A stretch of 64,000 nt of DNA. It comes from Polyangiaceae bacterium. Lineage in GTDB: Bacteria > Myxococcota_A > Polyangia > Polyangiales > Polyangiaceae. Under the pieces are notes generated by a model that was not told the origin of the DNA, ran no database searches, and saw only the letters and a list, made by a program, of their open reading frames with translations. The DNA is taken from NCBI GenBank assembly GCA_965222375.1, contig CBDCTZ010000016.1, positions 1 through 64,000 of the forward strand. The letters run 5' to 3'. How positions within the stretch are numbered: the first letter of the stretch is position 1; each line of letters opens with the position of its first letter. Shown piece after piece: positions 58,119-64,000 of this stretch. Both the position numbers and the translations under genes were made by a program.

Positions 58119-59662
58119 GACATTGGCTCGCTTTCTTGGGCTTTGCGGCGACGCTGTGCTTGACGACCACGGCAAGCGCCACCCGACCGACTGCGACCTT
58201 TGCGTTGATCATCGGCGTCAATCAAGCTGCCGACCGCGAGCTACCCAAACTTCGCTACGCCGATGACGATGCCGCCCGCTACCAGGATCTGTTCCGAGTC
58301 TTGGGGATGCGAACGCATCTCTTAGCGCGCATCGACAAGAACACGCGGCGCGTTCATGCCCAGGCGGCGGCGGAGGCCTCGCTGCCGACGCGTCGGAGCT
58401 TGGAGCGGGCGGTTTCTCGCCTAGCTGCGGAGATCCGTCGTGCCAAACGACGCAAGATTCGCACGCTCTTCTACTTGGTGTACGCGGGCCACGGGAACGT
58501 CAAGCGCGGCGAAGCGTACCTGCTTTTGGAAGACCACCGCCTAACCGGCAAGCGAATCGCCAAGTTGGTGACGCGACTCGGTGCAGACCAGTCTCACCTG
58601 ATCGTGGACGCCTGCCACTCGGGGCTGCTCGTCATGAGTCGCGGACCGGGTGGCACGCGCCGCAGGCTGGAAGGGTTCAGTCGCATCGGCGCGGCCCTGT
58701 CGGATCGGCGGATCGGACTGTTGCTGTCGTCATCCTCTGGACGTGAGAGTCACGAGTGGGAGAACTTCCAGGCGGGCGTGTTCAGTCACGAGGTCCGGTC
58801 CGGCCTCTACGGCGCTGCCGACGCGGATGGCGACGGACGCATCAGCTATCGGGAAATTGCTGCATTCATCGAACGTGCCAATGCCGCGATTCCCAATGAA
58901 CGCTATCGACCCGATGTTTACGCCAGGCCACCGGCCGATTCGGGCATGCTCGCTGATGTGCGTCGGGCGCTCGCACGTCGCGTCGAAGTCAAGACCAAGA
59001 CAGGCGCGCACTACGCTCTCGAAAACGGCCTCGGCGTTCGCTTGGCCGACCTGCACCCGGGCACCGGGCACAAGATGAACATTATTCGACCCGGCGTCGG
59101 CAAGCTCTACCTACGCCAGATCAAAGGCCGCGAGGAGTACGGATTGCCCGGAAACCAAGCCGTGATCCGGCTCGCCGATCTCCAACCCGAACAACCACGC
59201 GTGGCCATGCGCGGCGCGGCCCACGAGGCTTTTGGCCGGGTGTTTGCGCTGCCGTTCGATGAAGAGGCGGTGCGGCGCTTCCGTTTTCGGCCCCTCATTC
59301 CACGGAGCACGCCAATCGACACGCCTCCCCCATCGCAGACCACCTGGCGACACCCAGCGGGGATTGTTGCGCTTGGAGTTGGGGCGGCCGCGGCGACCAC
59401 GGGTCTGGCGTTCACGCTATCCGCCGAACGGCTCCACGCCGACGGCAGCTCCGGCGGCTCCCAAGCAGAGGTCGCCGCCCGCAACGATCGCGTCGCGGGC
59501 CGACAACTCGCCGCAGCAGTGTCCTTCGGTGTCGCTGGCGCCGCCGCCGCGGCCGGACTCACCTTGCTCTTGTGGCCGGACGAAAGCGGCGCCGGTCTCA
59601 GCGCGACGGCCTCCCCGAGCAGCGTGAGCATTGGGTTCGGCTCACGCTGGGATCCTTTCTGA
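58115..59662 (+). CDS. Exported caspase-family (peptidase C14) protease
   Basis: Signal peptide; ALIIGVN, LRYADDDA, YAGHG (His), DACHSG (Cys), GVFSH..GAADADGDG; hydrophobic C-terminal segments; ATGA overlap with upstream gene. Confidence 0.9.
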   Translation: MRHWLAFLGFAATLCLTTTASATRPTATFALIIGVNQAADRELPKLRYADDDAARYQDLFRVLGMRTHLLARIDKNTRRVHAQAAAEASLPTRRSLERAVSRLAAEIRRAKRRKIRTLFYLVYAGHGNVKRGEAYLLLEDHRLTGKRIAKLVTRLGADQSHLIVDACHSGLLVMSRGPGGTRRRLEGFSRIGAALSDRRIGLLLSSSSGRESHEWENFQAGVFSHEVRSGLYGAADADGDGRISYREIAAFIERANAAIPNERYRPDVYARPPADSGMLADVRRALARRVEVKTKTGAHYALENGLGVRLADLHPGTGHKMNIIRPGVGKLYLRQIKGREEYGLPGNQAVIRLADLQPEQPRVAMRGAAHEAFGRVFALPFDEEAVRRFRFRPLIPRSTPIDTPPPSQTTWRHPAGIVALGVGAAAATTGLAFTLSAERLHADGSSGGSQAEVAARNDRVAGRQLAAAVSFGVAGAAAAAGLTLLLWPDESGAGLSATASPSSVSIGFGSRWDPF

Positions 59663-59703
59663 TAGCTTTCGACGAGCCGCGGACGAAGTTTCGCTACCGC
59701 TGG

Positions 59704-60140
59704 TCACGTCTGCAGGTTCGGCGATGGCCGCGGCGTTGGCGTTCGGCGCTGGCTTGTTGCACGCTCAGCAATGATCGCGTGAGCGCGAGCGGCACTGAGC
59801 TTCAGGTCGAATTCACGAGACCCCTGGCGGTCAGTGCGCACCGAAATTCTCACGCGGGCGGTAGCGTACAGCGCCATGAACTCGGCGACCCTTTGCAATT
59901 GCTGGCGGTTAGCGCGAAAGAGCTCTGATGAGTCGGGTCGGAAGGTGAATTCTCCATCAGACCCGTCGTACCACCAGTCCAGCTTGAGCTCGGCACGTAC
60001 CGGCGACGGACCGGCCACCGGCTCTTCCGGTTTGGAAAGGCTCGCTTTGCCAGGTCATCGAAGCGTGCGGCGACGTCGAAGGGGGAGCCGACGCCGCGCA
60101 TGCCAACAAGGCAACGAATGCCGCGGTGACGACGGACAAG
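59704..60140 (-). pseudogene. OmpA-domain lipoprotein remnant
   Basis: FTFRPDSSEL..L.RVA..RVRISVRTDRQGS..LKLSAARA; lipoprotein signal lies in another frame; domain ends early. Confidence 0.55.
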
Positions 60141-60162
60141 TCGGCGCACTGATCACTCAACT

Positions 60163-60801
60163 CTACTCATGACACTCCACGACGCTGGTGCTGACGGAGA
60201 GACACTTCGGATAGTAGCTCTGACAAAACTGGCCAAAGCAGCTGCAGCTAAGGCCCGAACAAGTCACGACGCCCTTCGCGAGACAGCGGTATTCGTGAAC
60301 CGTTTGCCCCGGTAGAGATTCGTAATGCACGCAATAAGTAGTCGACGGACAAGCCGCACAACCGCTTACTGACTTGCAAGAAGCGAAAGAAACGCAAGGG
60401 CCGAAGCAACCCGCACCATCGTGGGTCGGGACGTGTCCCTTGGCGCAAATGGGCATTGCTTTCTTGCACTGAACTTTGTCCAAGTCGCAGTCGGCGCCAC
60501 CACCAGCGCCGCCTGTGCCTCCTGTGACCACACCAGCGCTCCCGCCAGTACCCGCGGCTCCACCCGCTGCACTTCCTGCGATGCCACCGGCCCCGCTCGC
60601 AGCCGTTCCTCCGCTTCCACCAGTTCCGACCCCGGCTGAAGCGGAGGTACCACCGGAAGCAGACATCCCACCAGTGGCTGCAGCTCCGCCCCCTCCGCTG
60701 GCCTTCCCACCTCCCCCGCCCGCTTGATCCGAGTCTGTCTCACCGCAAGCGAGAGCGAAAACACCGCTCAACAGAATTCCATGCAACAATCGTCGTCTCA
60801 T
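60163..60801 (-). CDS. Gly-rich/Cys-rich lipoprotein
   Basis: Lipobox ALAC, Gly linker, Cys-rich C-terminal domain. Confidence 0.8.
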   Translation of the reverse strand: MRRRLLHGILLSGVFALACGETDSDQAGGGGGKASGGGGAAATGGMSASGGTSASAGVGTGGSGGTAASGAGGIAGSAAGGAAGTGGSAGVVTGGTGGAGGGADCDLDKVQCKKAMPICAKGHVPTHDGAGCFGPCVSFASCKSVSGCAACPSTTYCVHYESLPGQTVHEYRCLAKGVVTCSGLSCSCFGQFCQSYYPKCLSVSTSVVECHE

Positions 60802-60879
60802 CTGATGCGTGACCCGTGATTAGCACCGCCATCACAGCCGAGCAAACCATCTCATAAGGTGCAAAGACGGGTCGGCAGA

Positions 60880-61392
60880 GCGTGCTGGCACTCCCGCCGG
60901 ACTTGGAGATCTTGAGCAGCGCTTTATCTCCGTCCAGAACGTAGACGTGGGTGGCGTCGACGGCGAGTCCCCGCGCCTTGTGCAGACCGGTCCCCAACTT
61001 CACTGATGAGCCCCCCGCCTTCGGGATCTTCCCCACACCTCTTTTCCGGAGCCGTAGAATACGTGCGTGGCATCAAGGGCGATTGCATCGGAGCCGGCGC
61101 CGTTTGGCACCAGCACTTCCGGTTTGCATTCCGCGGTGCAACCGACGCTGCCGGCTGAGCCGCCGCTCGCGGTTCCGGCGGAGCCAACACTCGCGGCTCC
61201 AGCGGAGCCACCGCTTGCCGACCCGGCAGAGCCCCCCGAGGAACCACTGACTCCCCCTGTGGCGCCGCCGCTGCCTGCGATCTGTTCCCCGCCGCTGCCC
61301 GCGGCTCCGCCTCCGCCGACCAAGCCGACGCACTCGCCACCGCATTGGGGTAGCGAGCGCGTGGGCTCGTTGTCGTAGGAGCGTGAGCTCGC
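60880..61392 (-). pseudogene. Broken Gly-linker/beta-propeller (DATHVY-repeat) protein
   Basis: IALDATHVFY and LAVDATHVYV repeats in different frames, shift at the C4 run 61031-61034; no signal peptide or convincing start. Confidence 0.65.
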
Positions 61393-62781
61393 TCAACCGG
61401 AGCGCTTCCGCACGCCCTTCACGCTCGCCGACACCTGCTCGATCGTGCCGCGCAGCGCGCTACCACCCGGGATCAGCCCGACCGCCGCCTTCAACGCACC
61501 CTGGGTGTCGCCCTGAGCCAGCGCGCTGATGCCCTCGACCGAGGCTTTGACCAGGTTGAAGCCAGGCAGGCTGCCAAACAGATCGAAGCCCGCGTCCTCT
61601 GCTTCGGCGACCGCGGCTTCCGTCGCGGCGCCAGCACTCGGCATCGGCTTACCGCTCTCACCGAGCTTCTTGAGCTTCTTGCACGTAGGCCCGCTGACCA
61701 GGCTGCCCGGAGCGATGCTCTCGCCTCGGTAGCACTTGGCGCGGTCCGCCTCGTACTTCTGATTGGTCTCGTTGGCCATCTGAGTGACCGACTTCTGGCT
61801 ACCGGCCGTCTCGGCTTGGCGGAACACGGCGTCGATGCCGTCCTTGTACTGGGCCTCGTAGCGCTGATCGCCGTGGATCTTGCGCATCATGCCTTCGTAC
61901 TGCGCTTTGACCTGGCCGACCGTTCCGCTCAGGTTCTTCACATAGCTCTTGGCCTCGTCCAAGCTGACCTCGGGCTCCTTGGGGAACGACTCGAGGGCCT
62001 TGGTAGATAGCGCCTCGAGCACCGCCGGATTGCCGCCGGCGTTGAGCACGGCCTGATAGGAGGTCAAAAGCCCGAACGAGAGCGCGGCGACGTGTTCCAC
62101 GCGGCGTTGCAGCTTGAGCCAACGCTGCACGCGCTTGTAGTCCGCCTCGTTGAACTCCATCTCCTGCTGCTTGCGCGTTCGCACCATGCCAGCCACGCGC
62201 AAAACCGTGGTCAGGGCGTTGGTCTGCAGCATGTCGTTGGACTGCATGGTGACCATCGAGAGATTCATGACCTGCATGCGCAAGTCCGTGAGCTTCTGGA
62301 CGTGCTTGCTCGCCGCCCGAAACTCCTTCAGCTCCCGCTGGCTCATCTTCTTGCCCGCGGGCCGCGCCTTCATCTTGTCGGTGAAGGAGTCCTTGAGCTG
62401 CAGGAAGTTACCGGCCACCTGCTTGCCGTGTTGATCCTCGACTGGCACGAGGCTCAGCTTGATCTTGGCGCCTCGCAGATCCTTAATCGCGGTGGCCGAG
62501 GGCGTGGGCATCGGCCCACCCGGACTGATCGCCTCCTTGCCAAGCGCCTGCTTCAGCGCTTTTTCCAGCTTCTCTTCGTGGCCGGTCACCTGTTGGCCAA
62601 GCACGTTGTTCTTGGCTTCCATTTGGTCGGCCAAGGCCTCCTGGTCACGAACGGCGTCCTTCTGCTCCTGGCTGACCAGTGGACCTTGCTGGGCACCGGC
62701 GTTTTGCTGGGGTGGCATCAGGCAAGCGCCGAGAGAAGCGGACAAAAGCAATGCTACGGGAAGGTGATAACGAAACTTCAT
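61393..62781 (-). CDS. Hypothetical alpha-helical lipoprotein
   Basis: Lipobox LGAC, 462-aa ORF with typical codon bias, Q/K/E-rich helices. Confidence 0.8.
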   Translation of the reverse strand: MKFRYHLPVALLLSASLGACLMPPQQNAGAQQGPLVSQEQKDAVRDQEALADQMEAKNNVLGQQVTGHEEKLEKALKQALGKEAISPGGPMPTPSATAIKDLRGAKIKLSLVPVEDQHGKQVAGNFLQLKDSFTDKMKARPAGKKMSQRELKEFRAASKHVQKLTDLRMQVMNLSMVTMQSNDMLQTNALTTVLRVAGMVRTRKQQEMEFNEADYKRVQRWLKLQRRVEHVAALSFGLLTSYQAVLNAGGNPAVLEALSTKALESFPKEPEVSLDEAKSYVKNLSGTVGQVKAQYEGMMRKIHGDQRYEAQYKDGIDAVFRQAETAGSQKSVTQMANETNQKYEADRAKCYRGESIAPGSLVSGPTCKKLKKLGESGKPMPSAGAATEAAVAEAEDAGFDLFGSLPGFNLVKASVEGISALAQGDTQGALKAAVGLIPGGSALRGTIEQVSASVKGVRKRSG

Positions 62782-63492
62782 GGTCTTGCTTTCCAGGTCG
62801 AAGGCTCGAGCTCGCGCGGCCCGGGCCGAGCGCGGCCGAAGCCGCTGCGGTCGTTTGCGGCTCTAGCCGCTTCACTTGCGCCGCCAAGAGCAAGCTGCGT
62901 ACCACCCGAATTCCGCGCGGATCTGGCGTTCCCACTCATCCAAGTTGGGGCGCCGCCGCCACACTCGCCTCCCCCGCCGAGGCACCCACGCCGCAGCGTC
63001 TCGTCTGCCCACCGCGGCACACTGCCACTCGTCCCCTGCCCGCCACGATGAGGCAGGAGCTCACGAGCCGCGCGCACAAGCCCGCAACCAATCCCAACCA
63101 GTGTCTCCGCACTTTCCGAGGTCGCGTCCAGCAGAAGGCGCGTAAACGCCGCATCCCACCAAGCTCCTCGCTCGTGAGCGCGTCCGCGCCGCGCTCCATT
63201 GTTCGCCATCCCAGTGCAAGTTACTCTGATGTACGGCTAGCCTTCGGATAGGAGCGCGAATCCGATAGCACAACAAGCGAAGTCGAGGACCAGCCGGACC
63301 CGTTGAGAGTAGCCCCGCCTGCGCGCCCCGAGGCGCCCACTGAAGCGCTCATCCATCCTGCCCCCTCGCCACAGGGCGGGAGCTCGCGGCGTTTTCCCCG
63401 AGGTCGGTGGTGGCCGGTGACGGCGGTGAAAATGCTCTAAGGTCCAGCCCACGCGGAACGCCCGCGCTCCCTTGAAGCCAACGAAGTAGACC

Positions 63493-63913
63493 ATGACGAA
63501 CTTATTCATGACGAAAGCAACTCTCGTATTGGCAGCGCCCGTCGCCCTCGCGGTTGGCTGCGGCAGCGGCCTCGGGAGGGGCGAGTCCAAAGCAGTGGCG
63601 ACCGTGCCCGCCGCCTACCCGGCAAGAGCAGTCGAACATGCCTTCAGCGCAGCGAACTCCACGCTGGAATTCGTTGAACGTCACCAAGAACATTTCTCTC
63701 CCGGCAACGATCAAGACTCAGAACGGCAGTATCAAGGTCGCTGCGGAGTTCGCGATCAATCGCCAGGACTTCGGTATCAAGTACCCCGGAAGGCTCGACG
63801 ACCTGATCGAGGACGATGTGGCGATCAAGCTCCGCATCGCCGCGAACGAGCCCCTCCAATACACCGCGACACCCTTGGCACATCAGCCCCAACCGGAAAC
63901 GCGAGCCCGATAG
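63493..63913 (+). pseudogene. YceI-family lipoprotein with internal deletion and frameshift
   Basis: AVGC lipobox..NSTLEFV in one frame; VTKNISLPATI..AEFAINRQDFGI.YPG..DDLIEDDV in another; central strands absent. Confidence 0.75.
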
Positions 63914-64000
63914 AAGGAGATGTGTCCGAAACCTGATTCGTTGTCGGTGAATGCAGCAAAAACGCTGCCAGCCGCCCACGTCAACCCGACGCAGTCGCCC

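Noticed and set aside
62782..63490. Coding or RNA gene in the 700-bp spacer
   Set aside because: Only short ORFs without recognisable motifs (62936-63199 may be a lipoprotein remnant); no tRNA or riboswitch pattern recognised

Overview
GC-rich bacterial chromosome segment. The gene content points to a Myxococcota (Polyangiales-like) organism: Gly/Cys-rich lipoproteins, PEGA and DUF4388 proteins, a Hanks kinase, and an ECF/caspase operon. This taxonomic call is inference. About 50 CDS are present. Housekeeping and metabolic genes include phaC (partial), tag, leuB-like, dapF, an aroK-aroB fusion, zapA, bioF, rpe, tyrA and a MoxR-DUF58-transglutaminase operon. No rRNA, tRNA, CRISPR array, transposase or integrase was recognised. 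The strongest candidate for an undescribed system is at 54.2-59.7 kb: ECF sigma, zinc anti-sigma with an exported domain, NHL lipoprotein and an exported caspase-family protease. It has a twice-repeated bipartite promoter-like motif (TTCGACCA-N13-GTTCGTTT) and shared xxRG motifs that may be cleavage sites. Other highlights: a catalytically dead DAHP synthase coupled to an ACT-less prephenate dehydrogenase; a cluster of degenerate signalling proteins around dapF/leuB; a homogentisate-dioxygenase-like cupin plus hydrolase pair; a parS-like site and a 101-bp tandem amplification at bioF; an AT-rich island; recurrent leaderless-type promoters; and several broken genes. All protein calls come from motifs read by eye, not database searches.
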